In this document: one piece after another, positions 31,662 through 41,460 of the stretch | How the letters are laid out: the number at the start of each line of letters is the position of its first letter | Numbering within the stretch: the stretch's first letter is position 1 | Position numbers and translations under genes: made by a program | Source of the DNA: Cyanobacteriota bacterium | Lineage (GTDB): Bacteria > Cyanobacteriota > Cyanobacteriia > Thermostichales > Thermostichaceae | Reading direction: 5' to 3' | Assembly: GCA_033764955.1 (NCBI GenBank) | Contig: JANRIL010000041.1 | Span: 1-64,000, forward strand | Length of the DNA stretch: 64,000 nt | Notes under the pieces: generated by a model | Seen by the model: the letters and a program-made list of their open reading frames with translations, nothing else | Databases searched by the model: none | Told to the model about the DNA's origin: nothing

Positions 31662-31868
31662 CTAGCTAGCCGCCTGAAACTCCAACATATCCACAGGCAC
31701 AAACAGTTCGTGGGGCAAGAGGATGGGGAAGTCAGAAAAAATTAAATCGCCCCGCAGAGTCGAGCGATGAATCACCACGCCACGGGGGGGCTGCACCGCT
31801 ACATCAGGCCGCAACTGCACATGCACTTGATAAATTTGCCGAGCAGCTTGCAGAATCGTGGTGTCCAT
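31662..31868 (-). CDS. Small conserved cyanobacterial hypothetical protein
   Basis: AARQIY..H...P.GVVIH...RG.LIF..PILLP.E.FVP; RBS-like AGGCGG upstream; directly upstream of pilD. Confidence 0.7.
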   Translation of the reverse strand: MDTTILQAARQIYQVHVQLRPDVAVQPPRGVVIHRSTLRGDLIFSDFPILLPHELFVPVDMLEFQAAS

Positions 31869-32000
31869 AAACCGCCTTTTTCCTCGCCTTGCAACACTCT
31901 TTACCTACAATAACGGGAGATTTCACAAAATAGATCCGCGAAAGCTCATAATCGCAAGGGCTCCAGGACTTTTAAGGATCTTTTAATCCTTCGCTAGGGG

Positions 32001-33263
32001 ATGTCCATAGGGTTGTCCATGTTACCAACTGAACTGTTGATTCACCGCTCGCAGGGAGAATCCCTCCGACCCAAGCGCCTGCCCCTAGATGGTCGTCATC
32101 GAGAACTAGCCAGCGAACTGATCCGTCTTTTTGCCGATCACCAAGGCAAAACCCAGGCCGAATTGGATCACCATCTGAAGGCGCTAGCGGGTGATAGCCC
32201 TGATTATCGAGTCATGCGCGGCTTAGCCCACCTTCTCAAAAATCATTTTGCTCACTTTGAGGCCGTCAGTATTTTGCCTCCCGTAGATCTACGCCAGCGG
32301 GTGTTTCGCCAAGCCGCTCAACGGATCCCCACGCCCGCTGTCCTGGCCGACTTACTCGATCAGATGGCTCTTCAACTCAGCCAAGAACTCAGCCAAGATC
32401 TTCTCCCCATTCACCTGGAGGAAAGTCTCTACGCCGATCTCCCCGACAACCACCGCCTGACCACCTGGGATCCCCCCAGCCCCGACGCCCTGATCCACCG
32501 CTACAACCTCTCTCAAGTGCAGGGCATTTTTTACAAAGCTAGCCAGGTGGTTTTACACGCCTACCGCAATGATCCCGGTGAATATAAGCTCCTGTTTCGC
32601 TACCTGAAGTTGTTTCAACTGATGGCCTATATCGAGGGGGATGCTGACCACGGCTTCACGATCAGCGTGGATGGTCCCACCAGTTTGTTTGGGGCGAGTA
32701 CCCGCTATGGTCTGGCGATGGCTAAGTGGATCCCGGCCTTGCTGCATGTCTCCCGTTGGAGTTTGACCGCTACGCTGCACAGTCGGGATCCCGATACCCG
32801 CCAGCCGCGAATCGGACGGTTCAGCCTCGCTGCAGATTGTGGATTAGTCAGCCACTATCCCCCTAGCTCCCCCTACGACAGCTTGATCGAATCCTCTTTT
32901 GCTGAGGCTTGGGCTACCCTCAAAACCGATTGGCAACTGGAGCGGGAAGTAGACTTAATCCCCCTGCCCGGCAGTGTGATGATTCCTGACTTTCGTTTGG
33001 TTCATCCCGACGGACGGGTTTATTTGTTAGAAATCATTGGTTATTGGCGACCGGACTATCTGAAAAAGAAGTTTTGGCAAGTGCGGCAATCCGGTTGTCG
33101 TCATTTAATCTTAGCGATTTCGGAGCGGCTCAATGTGGCCAAATCAGGGATCCAGTTACAAGATATCGGTGTTCCCATCCTCTGGTTTAAGGAGCGACTC
33201 TTGCCCAAAGCCGTCTTAGCGCTTCTCAACGCCGTCAAGCCAGCCAATGCCACCATAGAGTAG
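32001..33263 (+). CDS. DUF790 family (Bax1-like) predicted nuclease
   Basis: MLPTELL, RYNLSQVQG, DGPTSLF..STRYG, YDSLIE..F, MIPDF, LEIIGYW..DYL.KK (PD-(D/E)XK-like). Confidence 0.88.
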   Translation: MSIGLSMLPTELLIHRSQGESLRPKRLPLDGRHRELASELIRLFADHQGKTQAELDHHLKALAGDSPDYRVMRGLAHLLKNHFAHFEAVSILPPVDLRQRVFRQAAQRIPTPAVLADLLDQMALQLSQELSQDLLPIHLEESLYADLPDNHRLTTWDPPSPDALIHRYNLSQVQGIFYKASQVVLHAYRNDPGEYKLLFRYLKLFQLMAYIEGDADHGFTISVDGPTSLFGASTRYGLAMAKWIPALLHVSRWSLTATLHSRDPDTRQPRIGRFSLAADCGLVSHYPPSSPYDSLIESSFAEAWATLKTDWQLEREVDLIPLPGSVMIPDFRLVHPDGRVYLLEIIGYWRPDYLKKKFWQVRQSGCRHLILAISERLNVAKSGIQLQDIGVPILWFKERLLPKAVLALLNAVKPANATIE

Positions 33264-33313
33264 CTAATGTCGAGGAACGGGGATCCCGAACCCCATCCAG
33301 CCACTAGGGAGTT

Positions 33314-34399
33314 TTGCTTGTGTCACGCCCCCTCCAGATCACCGATCAGCCCTGGGGAGAAACCTACTCGGAGATTATTGACGTTCGCTCCCCCAGCGAG
33401 TTTGCCGAGGATCACTGGCCGGGATCCGTCAATCTGCCTGTGCTCAACGATAGCGAACGGGCGGAGGTAGGCTGGCTCTACAAACAGGTGGATCCCTTAA
33501 CCGCCCGCAAACGGGGAGCCACTTTTGTGGCTGCCAACATTGCCCATCACCTCAACCAGCACTTTGTCGATAAAGACCGCCATTATCGCCCCCTCATCTA
33601 CTGCTGGCGGGGGGGACAGCGTTCCCGCAGCTTAGCCTTGGTGCTGGCGGAGGTGGGCTGGTGCGTCAGCCTACTGCAAGGGGGATACAAAACCTATCGC
33701 GCCTGGGTGCGGGAACAGCTCAAAACATTACCTGGCCGGTTTCACTATCGTCTCTTGTGTGGATCCACAGGATCCGGCAAAACCCTAATTCTGCGCCGCT
33801 TAGCCGTCCAGGGATCCCAGGTTTTGGATCTGGAGGGGCTGGCTTGCCATCGGGGATCCCTGTTGGGGGAAGAATGGCGGATCCCTCAGCCCAGCCAAAA
33901 GTGGTTTGAGACACAGCTTTGCCAAGCCCTCCAGCAGATGGATCCGCAGCGTCCGGTTTGGCTAGAAGCAGAAAGTTGCAAAGTGGGTCAACTGTATATC
34001 CCTCCCGCCCTTTGGCAAGCCATGCTACAAGCTCCTGCCCTGGAGATCCAGACCCCCCTTCCCGAACGGATCAAAGGATTAATCCAAGACTACCCCCACT
34101 GGATCGCCCAACCGGAATGGCTAAAAGCCAAGCTTATTTTGCTCAAGCCCCGCTATGGACAAGCCCAAATCACCCTTTGGCTAGATTGGATCGACCAACA
34201 GAACTGGTATTGCTTAGTCGAGGATCTCCTCAAGGTTCACTATGATCCCAGCTACTATCACGCCCTAGAGCGCAGCTTCCGACCGAGCAGCGAGCGCATA
34301 GTCCTAGCTGATTTCTCAGAGGGCAGCCTCCAGCAGGCGGTGCAAAAGCTTCAGCATTGGCAAGGGATCCCTCTGCCTCGCCCCGTTAACCCAGCCTGA
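33314..34399 (+). CDS. mnmH: tRNA 2-selenouridine(34) synthase
   Basis: Rhodanese domain IIDVRSPSEF, YCWRGGQRS, GGYK.YR, P-loop GSTGSGKT, DLEGLA.HRGS, PSQKWFE. Confidence 0.93.
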   Translation: MLVSRPLQITDQPWGETYSEIIDVRSPSEFAEDHWPGSVNLPVLNDSERAEVGWLYKQVDPLTARKRGATFVAANIAHHLNQHFVDKDRHYRPLIYCWRGGQRSRSLALVLAEVGWCVSLLQGGYKTYRAWVREQLKTLPGRFHYRLLCGSTGSGKTLILRRLAVQGSQVLDLEGLACHRGSLLGEEWRIPQPSQKWFETQLCQALQQMDPQRPVWLEAESCKVGQLYIPPALWQAMLQAPALEIQTPLPERIKGLIQDYPHWIAQPEWLKAKLILLKPRYGQAQITLWLDWIDQQNWYCLVEDLLKVHYDPSYYHALERSFRPSSERIVLADFSEGSLQQAVQKLQHWQGIPLPRPVNPA

Positions 34400-34412
34400 T
34401 CAACTGGGCTGT

Positions 34413-35594
34413 TCATCCACCAAAATGAATTTGGACTAAAGAAACATCATCTGCAAAACTGTCTCGGCCACCAAATTGCTGCACCTCCTGCAAGATCTGA
34501 TCCAAGGGATGTAGAGAAGGTTGTGGATGAACCAGGCTGTGGTTTAGTCCCAACAACCCCCATAGCTGACCCTCTAAATTGGTTACCTCATAGACTCCAT
34601 CACTAAATAAATAGAGAAAACTATCTTTCTCAAGCTGACAAACCGACTCGATAAAAGTTGTATTGGGCATCATCCCAATCGGGATATTCGCGGTTTTTAA
34701 GGCTTGAACAGAAGATCCAGAAGCCCCGTGATGAACCAAAAGAGCCGGAGGATGTCCGGCACTGGCATAAACCAACTGGCGATGCTGCGGTTGATAGACC
34801 CCATACCAAATCGTAAAATACATTTCGTTCTGGTTCGCCATCTGAAACGTATCGTTGAGGCTGGCTAGCACGGAAGCTGGTTGAGCAAAATCAGTGGAAG
34901 GCAAAGAGGGGAATAACCCCTGCGTCAAAGTTGCTGAACGCAGTAGATTCATGACTGAAACTGACAATAAAGCCGCTCCCACCCCATGACCCGAAACATC
35001 CAATAAATAGAGAGCCAAGTGATCGGCATCTAACCAATAATAGTTAAAGCAATCTCCCCCCAAATGCTGGGAAGGAATAAACCGCCAATCGGCCTTTATT
35101 TGGTATTCAGAAAAAAGTTGACTGGGTGGCAGTAAGGACTGCACATATTTGGCCGCTTCTGCCAATTCTGCCTGTAAAAGTTGCGTTTGTTTGGTCAAAT
35201 CGCGGCTTAACTCATGCAACCGCAAACCCGCCCTTACCCTGGCTTGCAATTCATTGGAATCAATGGGCTTGGCTAAAAATTCATCTGCTCCTGCATCCAG
35301 TCCTAAAACTCGATCCTCCACCTCGGTACGGGAGGTGAGCAAGATAAAAAATGTTGTGGAAAATTGGACTTGTGACTTCAGATGACGACAAACTTGTAAG
35401 CCATCCATCGCGGGCATCATCCAATCACAGATGATCAAAGCAGGTAGATATTGCTGAGCCTGCTCCAAGCCCTCTTGGCCATCACAAGCAATCCTGACTT
35501 GGTGCCCCTGTCGCTCTAAGCCTCGCTTAAGCACCATGCGAATGGTGGGGTCATCATCAATAATTAGTATCTCGGCCATAAACCAGCCAAACAA
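34413..35594 (-). CDS. Response regulator with SpoIIE/PP2C phosphatase domain (RsbU-like)
   Basis: REC domain (LIIDDD, CDWMMP, AKP); LGGD, DVSGHG, SAGHPP, FSDGVYE, DDVSL. Confidence 0.93.
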   Translation of the reverse strand: MFGWFMAEILIIDDDPTIRMVLKRGLERQGHQVRIACDGQEGLEQAQQYLPALIICDWMMPAMDGLQVCRHLKSQVQFSTTFFILLTSRTEVEDRVLGLDAGADEFLAKPIDSNELQARVRAGLRLHELSRDLTKQTQLLQAELAEAAKYVQSLLPPSQLFSEYQIKADWRFIPSQHLGGDCFNYYWLDADHLALYLLDVSGHGVGAALLSVSVMNLLRSATLTQGLFPSLPSTDFAQPASVLASLNDTFQMANQNEMYFTIWYGVYQPQHRQLVYASAGHPPALLVHHGASGSSVQALKTANIPIGMMPNTTFIESVCQLEKDSFLYLFSDGVYEVTNLEGQLWGLLGLNHSLVHPQPSLHPLDQILQEVQQFGGRDSFADDVSLVQIHFGG

Positions 35595-35760
35595 GCATGT
35601 TTACTTAACAAACACTTTATTTTATGTAGATGCTTCATTTGTTCATCAATATTTATTCATGAACATTATTGAGAGGAGCTCAACAGGAGCAAGGCATAGA
35701 ACGACACCCAAAATTTCGGATGATTTTCCCACCCAATGGGCGGCAATTAACCATACAATG

Positions 35761-35802
35761 CAATCTAGTCATGGCAATCTAGTCATGGCGATCTAGTCAT
35801 GG
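35761..35802. repeat. 3 x 14-bp tandem repeat C(A/G)ATCTAGTCATGG
   Basis: caatctagtcatgg / caatctagtcatgg / cgatctagtcatgg, read directly. Confidence 0.95.
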
Positions 35803-35897
35803 TCTCTAATTATATTATCTGGGTCTGCTCCTGAGTTGAGCAACTTCATCTTACGAAAGACTAGCCTTGCGGATGCAAATCCTGGAGGGAATGTTTT

Positions 35898-36389
35898 ATG
35901 CTGACATCAGTATATCCCGCTAGCAAGTTCTGGAGCCAGTTTTATCCCGTGGTGCAAACCTTTTCTCTGCGGGTCGATACTTCTTTAGATGCTCTCAATC
36001 AAGTTCTGAGTTGGTTTGAAGCATTTAAGAATGATCCGATTCCTAGTTCTGTGTGGATGAAGTGCCAACTCGCACTGGTAGAGGGATTTACCAATACGGT
36101 TCGCCATGCTCACAAATCTCTGGCTGCAGATACTCCCATTGATCTGGAGTTAACCCTGTTGCCAGAAGGTTTGGAGATCCGCATTTGGGATCAGGGAGCG
36201 CCCTTCGATATGATGGCGTTTATCGAAAAAATCGGTGACAAGGTGGATGAAGAGGCAGAAGGAGGACGGGGCATTCATCTCATGAAGGTCATTGCCAGCC
36301 ATCTCAGCTATACACGCCTCGCTGATGGGCGTAATTGCCTATTGCTGCAAAAAGATTATGCGGATGAGTTAGATGCTTCCCGCCTCTAG
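35898..36389 (+). CDS. Anti-sigma factor / Ser kinase (RsbW-like HATPase_c)
   Basis: LALVEGFTNTVRHAH, IWDQGAPFD, EGGRGIHLM. Confidence 0.9.
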   Translation: MLTSVYPASKFWSQFYPVVQTFSLRVDTSLDALNQVLSWFEAFKNDPIPSSVWMKCQLALVEGFTNTVRHAHKSLAADTPIDLELTLLPEGLEIRIWDQGAPFDMMAFIEKIGDKVDEEAEGGRGIHLMKVIASHLSYTRLADGRNCLLLQKDYADELDASRL

Positions 36390-37056
36390 CGCCACACCGG
36401 ATCCCTCTCCCCAACCGCGCCAGGGAGGGCAGCCTCGGCAAGACTGGCTGTTTTATCACCTACTTAAGTGGTTGGTGGTCAACCCCCTATTTCGGCTGAT
36501 CTATTGGGGCAAGGTATATGGGGCTGAACGGGTAGATCGGCATCATCCTCTGATTGTGGTGAGCAATCATGCTAGCCATTTTGACCCACCGATTCTTTCT
36601 AACAGTGTCTGTCGTCCAGTGGCGTTTATGGCGAAAGCAGAGTTGTTTCAAATTCCTTTCCTCAAACAGGCTATTCAACTGTATGGAGCTTATCCCGTTA
36701 AGCGAGGGGGTAGTGATCGCTCCGCTCTCCGGGCAACCGAAGCGGCTTTGCAAAAGGGGTGGGCGGTGGGAATTTTTTTGAATGGAACGCGCACTCTCGA
36801 CGGTCGCATCAACCAGCCTCACTTGGGGGCTGCTTTGATCAGCGCCCGCACCCAAACCCCCCTCCTCCCTGTTGCCCTCTGGGGAACCGAGCAGGTTTTG
36901 CCCAAAGGTCGTAAATTTCCCCGCCTCTTTTGTCCGATTACCGTGCGGATTGGAGATCCGATTCCACCGCCTGCTTCTAGCGAGCGGGAAGACTTGCTGA
37001 TCACCACCCAAGCCTGCGTAGAGACTATTCATCGTTTGCTGGCCCAAGGTCGATAA
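36373..37056 (+). CDS. plsC: 1-acyl-sn-glycerol-3-phosphate acyltransferase
   Basis: NHASHFD, FMAKAELF, GAYPVKRG, FLNGTR. Confidence 0.9.
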   Translation: MLPASSATPDPSPQPRQGGQPRQDWLFYHLLKWLVVNPLFRLIYWGKVYGAERVDRHHPLIVVSNHASHFDPPILSNSVCRPVAFMAKAELFQIPFLKQAIQLYGAYPVKRGGSDRSALRATEAALQKGWAVGIFLNGTRTLDGRINQPHLGAALISARTQTPLLPVALWGTEQVLPKGRKFPRLFCPITVRIGDPIPPPASSEREDLLITTQACVETIHRLLAQGR

Positions 37057-37087
37057 TTGCCCCCCATATCAGCCAGCTCTTTCCCTG

Positions 37088-37597
37088 ATGGTCGAATTAT
37101 TTATGTTGGGTTTAACGGAAGATAGTCACCCACCCTGGCCGATGGCCGAAATGCTAATGATCTTTTTTGGTCTATCTGCCCCAGCCCAGCAGGCTATGTT
37201 GCCTAAGCTAGCCATAGCCCAAAAGTTTGATTTTCCTGAAGGGGATTTGCTCTCAGCCAATGCGCTGGAAATATTACTGAATAGTTACAAGGCTTGCCTA
37301 AACACAATTGCTATCCATTTCTTGATCCAGATGGATGAGCTTGAGAAACAGGGTCAGCAGGATGCTTTGCTTTTAGAGTTAACCGATATTGTTGATCAAA
37401 CTTTGTATGAAATCAGCCAACGAGAGGGGAGTTTTGCTCTGGAGGAGGATGCTCATCAATCCACCAGCAGCCTAGATCATCCGGCCTGGGATCCCCTTCG
37501 CAAATGGTCTTTAACCCTAAAAAATCATCTGCATCTTGAGAGGGAAATTACTCCCCCCATGGTGAAATCTTGCCTAACCTATTGGCTACACCCATAG
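37088..37597 (+). CDS. Hypothetical protein
   Basis: 169-aa ORF continuing the operon; no recognised motif. Confidence 0.6.
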   Translation: MVELFMLGLTEDSHPPWPMAEMLMIFFGLSAPAQQAMLPKLAIAQKFDFPEGDLLSANALEILLNSYKACLNTIAIHFLIQMDELEKQGQQDALLLELTDIVDQTLYEISQREGSFALEEDAHQSTSSLDHPAWDPLRKWSLTLKNHLHLEREITPPMVKSCLTYWLHP

Positions 37598-37647
37598 CCG
37601 CATTTTTCATCGACCATCTGCACCCGATCAACAACAGGTGTCTGACT

Positions 37648-37676
37648 CAAAAAAGTCCCCTTAAGTTAAGGGGACT
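37648..37676 (-). terminator. Intrinsic terminator between convergent genes
   Basis: Perfect inverted repeat AGTCCCCTTAA-G-TTAAGGGGACT (37654-37676) with a T-run on the minus strand. Confidence 0.85.
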
Positions 37677-37715
37677 ATCAGGAGAAAAGATGATGGCTAA
37701 AGGGTGGGAATGCCC

Positions 37716-38237
37716 CTATCCAGCTTGGTTAATTTTGGCATCCTCTACCAATCGTGCCAGCAGGGAGGGAGAATCATCGGGAGGCAAATCCAACACTAGC
37801 TGATCTTGCACCTCCGGCATAGCAGGAAGCGGCCCAAAATCAGGAAAAGCAGATTCAGGAATCTCGGATAAAACACTCTTCTGATCGACAGACTTAAGGA
37901 GGGAGTATTTAGGTTCCCCTTTAGAGAAGGTTTGGATGCGCCCCCAGAATTTTTTCTCATAGGGGTTGAAGTAGTAGAGATAGTCAGGCTTCGTAGGAGT
38001 ATAGATGACAAACTGATGCTTATAGCCAGCGTAGCTAGGGGTCGGTTTATAGTAGTAAGTCCGAAACGAAAACTGAGGGGTTTTTACCCAGTCAGAATAA
38101 AATTGACGGGGAGATGCAAACTCAGCCGCCGTTGCTCCTGCTTTGTCTTCTCCAGCCAAAACATGGCTGGTTCCCACCAGAATCAGTACCAAGAAACTAG
38201 CCAAAACCAAGGCTAGGGGTTTCAGGAATTTACCCAT
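37716..38237 (-). CDS. Secreted Tyr/aromatic-rich hypothetical protein
   Basis: Signal peptide ending VLA; RQFYSDW...YYYKPTPSYAGYKHQFVIY.P.KP.Y.YYFNPY.KKFWGR...YSLL...IPESAFP..G.LP.MPE. Confidence 0.75.
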   Translation of the reverse strand: MGKFLKPLALVLASFLVLILVGTSHVLAGEDKAGATAAEFASPRQFYSDWVKTPQFSFRTYYYKPTPSYAGYKHQFVIYTPTKPDYLYYFNPYEKKFWGRIQTFSKGEPKYSLLKSVDQKSVLSEIPESAFPDFGPLPAMPEVQDQLVLDLPPDDSPSLLARLVEDAKINQAG

Positions 38238-38337
38238 GGTCAGACTCCCAAATCGGTTAATCACAACGATACCTCATGCGTATCAATCTGGATTTAGTAC
38301 GGGGCTATCGAGAAATCAGATTTAACAAAAATATCAT

Positions 38338-38353
38338 TGTGATCACAATCACT
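38338..38353. promoter_or_regulatory. CRP/FNR-family-like operator TGTGA-N6-TCACT
   Basis: TGTGA TCACAA TCACT in the divergent intergenic region; 9/10 match to TGTGA-N6-TCACA. Confidence 0.4.
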
Positions 38354-38511
38354 TTTCCCAGATTTCTATAACAAATTTCGATCTTTAACTTCAAAACAAG
38401 AGATTTGATGGATGACTTTGATGTTATGATTTCGTTTCGTAACGCGATCCCCATTTTCCTCCCCGCTACTCCCTCCTTTGCGGTTTGCCACTAAGCTGGA
38501 TCCCGTAGCCC

Positions 38512-39207
38512 TTGCCTAGTCTTAAATTTGTGAGTCAACCTCGTCCCCAGGTGGGGGAATTTCCCTCCCTGCCGCCCCCGCCCCCCCGCCCCCCTGCTTT
38601 GCGCTTGGTGGAAACGGCTTTTTTGGCCAGTACGGCTGTACTTGCTTGGATTTTGAGCCTTACCCCTCTAGCCCCGATTGTTCGTCTGTTTTTTCCGATT
38701 CCAGTAGCTTTAGGGGTGATGCGCTGGGATCCCCGCACGGGCTGGATGACCTTGGTGGTATCGGGTTTGTTGTTAACGATTTTGATGGGGCCGACCCGCA
38801 GCATTCTCTATGTCATTCCCTACGCCTGGATTGGACAGTGGTGCGGCGAGCTGTGGAAGCAAGGCCGCTCCTGGTACTGGTCGATGCTGGTGGGATCCCT
38901 GATCAGTACGGGGGGGTTGATCTTTCAATTTGTCTTTTCGTCGGTGATGCTGGGGGAAAATCTCTGGACTTATCTGACCATTCAACTCACCAACCTGACC
39001 AACTGGCTTTTAGACATCACCCTCAGCCGCTTGGGTATTTATTGGGTGGCGGATCCCTGGATGATTCAAGTAACGGTGATCGGGTTTATTGCCCTCAACT
39101 CCGTTATTTATGTCTTTACTGTGCATTTAGTGGCAGCTCTGGTTATGGAGCGGTTACGCTGCCCCCTTCCTCCCCCGCCCAGATGGGTACAGTTTTTGTT
39201 GGAGTAA
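38512..39207 (+). CDS. DUF2232 membrane protein
   Basis: LVETAFLAST, FFPIPVAL, LMGPTRS, LGENLW.Y, PPP.WV. Confidence 0.85.
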   Translation: MPSLKFVSQPRPQVGEFPSLPPPPPRPPALRLVETAFLASTAVLAWILSLTPLAPIVRLFFPIPVALGVMRWDPRTGWMTLVVSGLLLTILMGPTRSILYVIPYAWIGQWCGELWKQGRSWYWSMLVGSLISTGGLIFQFVFSSVMLGENLWTYLTIQLTNLTNWLLDITLSRLGIYWVADPWMIQVTVIGFIALNSVIYVFTVHLVAALVMERLRCPLPPPPRWVQFLLE

Positions 39208-39363
39208 CCCCCGTCCCCTCTGGCACGATAATTCCCAGAAGAAACTCAAAAACATTAGCAATCAAGTTTGGCCTGGACTAGTCAGGTTGGGACAGATGTA
39301 GCTAGAATAACTAAGCTTCAGGGCTTGTCTTTGATATTGTTTCACGCCCTGTCTCCAAGATTC

Positions 39364-39927
39364 ATGATGCCAATTCCTGCCCTTTCCCACGACCTCCACT
39401 ATCGGGCGCTCGGTTTGATCAAAGGCACATTACAGCGCATTTCTGACCATCAGGGTTTATTGCTGACTGAAGATGGGCAAGAATATCCGGCTACCCCAGG
39501 CCGCGCTCAGATCCTCAAAAAATTTAGCCAGTGCCTCGATAGCCCGCAGCCCCACTGGTTTTATGTTCAGCCGCAGCCTCGACCCGGTGGGGTCTTGGGA
39601 CTGGGGATCATCCGCATTTTAGGGCTACCCGAAGAGGAGCAGGATCCCGCCCATTTTGAGGCAGAATTTCCCCTGGCTCCCCCTGATATGGCGGAAGGAT
39701 TTCATATTCGCGGGGATATTCAGATCGGCAAAGGCACGATCACCGTCTCCGTCAAGCGCAAACCCCAAGGGGCAAAGCAGTTCCCCCCCCTACAGATCCC
39801 ATTGGAGGGTTTTTTACCCGGATCCAACGATGGTGAATTTTGGGATTTGCAAGCGGAGCGAGAAGGGCAGTCCCTCGTTTTGATGGATGGCAGCCGCGTT
39901 TTACCGGCTCGCTCCCCAGCCAGCTAA
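39364..39927 (+). CDS. Conserved cyanobacterial hypothetical protein
   Basis: YRALGLIKG, F.IRG, LEGFLP...FWDL...REG..L; ATG at 39364 preferred. Confidence 0.7.
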   Translation: MMPIPALSHDLHYRALGLIKGTLQRISDHQGLLLTEDGQEYPATPGRAQILKKFSQCLDSPQPHWFYVQPQPRPGGVLGLGIIRILGLPEEEQDPAHFEAEFPLAPPDMAEGFHIRGDIQIGKGTITVSVKRKPQGAKQFPPLQIPLEGFLPGSNDGEFWDLQAEREGQSLVLMDGSRVLPARSPAS

Positions 39928-40094
39928 CCCCGGCGATGGACACGCCATCCCTCACCATCTCTACCCATGTCACCCCAATAAAATGGCCGGATAAAATGGC
40001 TGGAACCTCGCAGCCTAATTTGAGTGACTAGAGCCTTTACCCCTTGCACTGCTCTATCTGACCAGCGTCCCCATCTCCCGTCATTTCTCCCCCC

Positions 40095-41312
40095 GTGAAC
40101 GATAGCCCTCCGTCTGCCCCATCTGCCTCCAGAGCAACGCCCCCTCCTCTCGCGGCTCGTGTTGCCTGCTTGACTCCTTCCACCACCCTCGCCATCTCCG
40201 CCAAAGCCAAAGCCATGCAGACGGCTGGGTTGGATGTGTGCAGCTTTAGTGCTGGAGAACCAGACTTTGATACGCCCCCCCACATTCGAGCCGCTGCCGT
40301 GCGCGCGCTGGAGGAGGGCAAAACCCGCTATGGTCCTGCCGCCGGGATCCCAGCGTTGCGGGAAGCTATTGCCCACAAATTGCGGCAAGAGAACGGGTTG
40401 ACCTATTCCCCTGAGCAGGTGATGGTCAGCAATGGCGGCAAACAAACCCTCTACAACCTGATGATGGTTCTGCTTGACCCTGGGGATGAGGTGATTATTC
40501 CGGCTCCCTACTGGGTGAGCTATCCCGAAATGGTGGCCTTAACAGGGGCAACTTCGGTCATTCTGCCCACAACAGAAGCCCAAGGATTCAAAATCACCCC
40601 CGCCCAGTTGCAGGCAGCCATCACCCCTGCCACTAAACTATTGGTTCTCAACTCCCCCTCCAATCCAACGGGATCCGTCTATACGCCAGCCGAGTTAGCC
40701 GCTCTTGGGGAGGTGATTGAGCCACACAACTTTTATGTAATCAGCGATGAAATCTACGAAAAGCTGGTCTATGACGGGGCTACCCATGTCAGCCTGGGAT
40801 CCCTGAGTCCGCATCTTTTGGAACGAACGCTTGTCAGCAGTGGTTTTGCCAAAGCCTATGCCATGACGGGTTGGCGGATCGGTTATCTGGCAGGTTCCCG
40901 TTCCATCATCCAAGCCGCCACCAATTTACAAAGCCATAGCACGTCCAACATCTGCACCTTCGCCCAATATGGCGCACTCGCCGCTCTGGTCAGCCCGGAG
41001 TCACCGTCAGCCATCGAAGCTATGCGAAAGGTATTTGAGGAACGCCGCCGGGTGATGGTGGAGGGGTTAGCCGGGATCCCTGGTTTAACCTGCGCTACCC
41101 CGATGGGAGCTTTTTATGCCTTCCCCAATATTCAAGCGACGGGTCTGAAGTCTCTGGAGTTTTGTAGTCGCCTTCTGCACGATCATCAGGTGGCTGCTGT
41201 TCCTGGCCTCGCCTTTGGAGCTGACGATTACATTCGCCTCTCCTACGCTACCGACTTGGATACCATCCAAAAAGGATTGTACCGCCTAGAAAAATTCGTC
41301 CAATCGTTGTGA
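40095..41312 (+). CDS. aspC: Class I PLP-dependent (aspartate) aminotransferase
   Basis: [43 protein letters not shown]. Confidence 0.92.
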   Translation: MNDSPPSAPSASRATPPPLAARVACLTPSTTLAISAKAKAMQTAGLDVCSFSAGEPDFDTPPHIRAAAVRALEEGKTRYGPAAGIPALREAIAHKLRQENGLTYSPEQVMVSNGGKQTLYNLMMVLLDPGDEVIIPAPYWVSYPEMVALTGATSVILPTTEAQGFKITPAQLQAAITPATKLLVLNSPSNPTGSVYTPAELAALGEVIEPHNFYVISDEIYEKLVYDGATHVSLGSLSPHLLERTLVSSGFAKAYAMTGWRIGYLAGSRSIIQAATNLQSHSTSNICTFAQYGALAALVSPESPSAIEAMRKVFEERRRVMVEGLAGIPGLTCATPMGAFYAFPNIQATGLKSLEFCSRLLHDHQVAAVPGLAFGADDYIRLSYATDLDTIQKGLYRLEKFVQSL

Positions 41313-41460
41313 AAGGGCTGGCGGATTGGCATCCTCTTAACGGCCTAAACTCCCGCCAAATTCACTAACCTCTACGGGCATCTTTACGGGTATTAGGGGA
41401 TCCCTTGACCACAAGAGCCTCTGGCTAGCTAAGAAGCAGGGTGATAGGCTGTTTTGTGGT

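Noticed and set aside
32001..33263. DUF790 as part of an XPB-Bax1 or defence operon
   Set aside because: No adjacent XPB-like helicase; it sits among housekeeping genes.
35761..35802. Tandem repeat as a CRISPR array
   Set aside because: 14-bp units with no spacers and no cas genes in the window.
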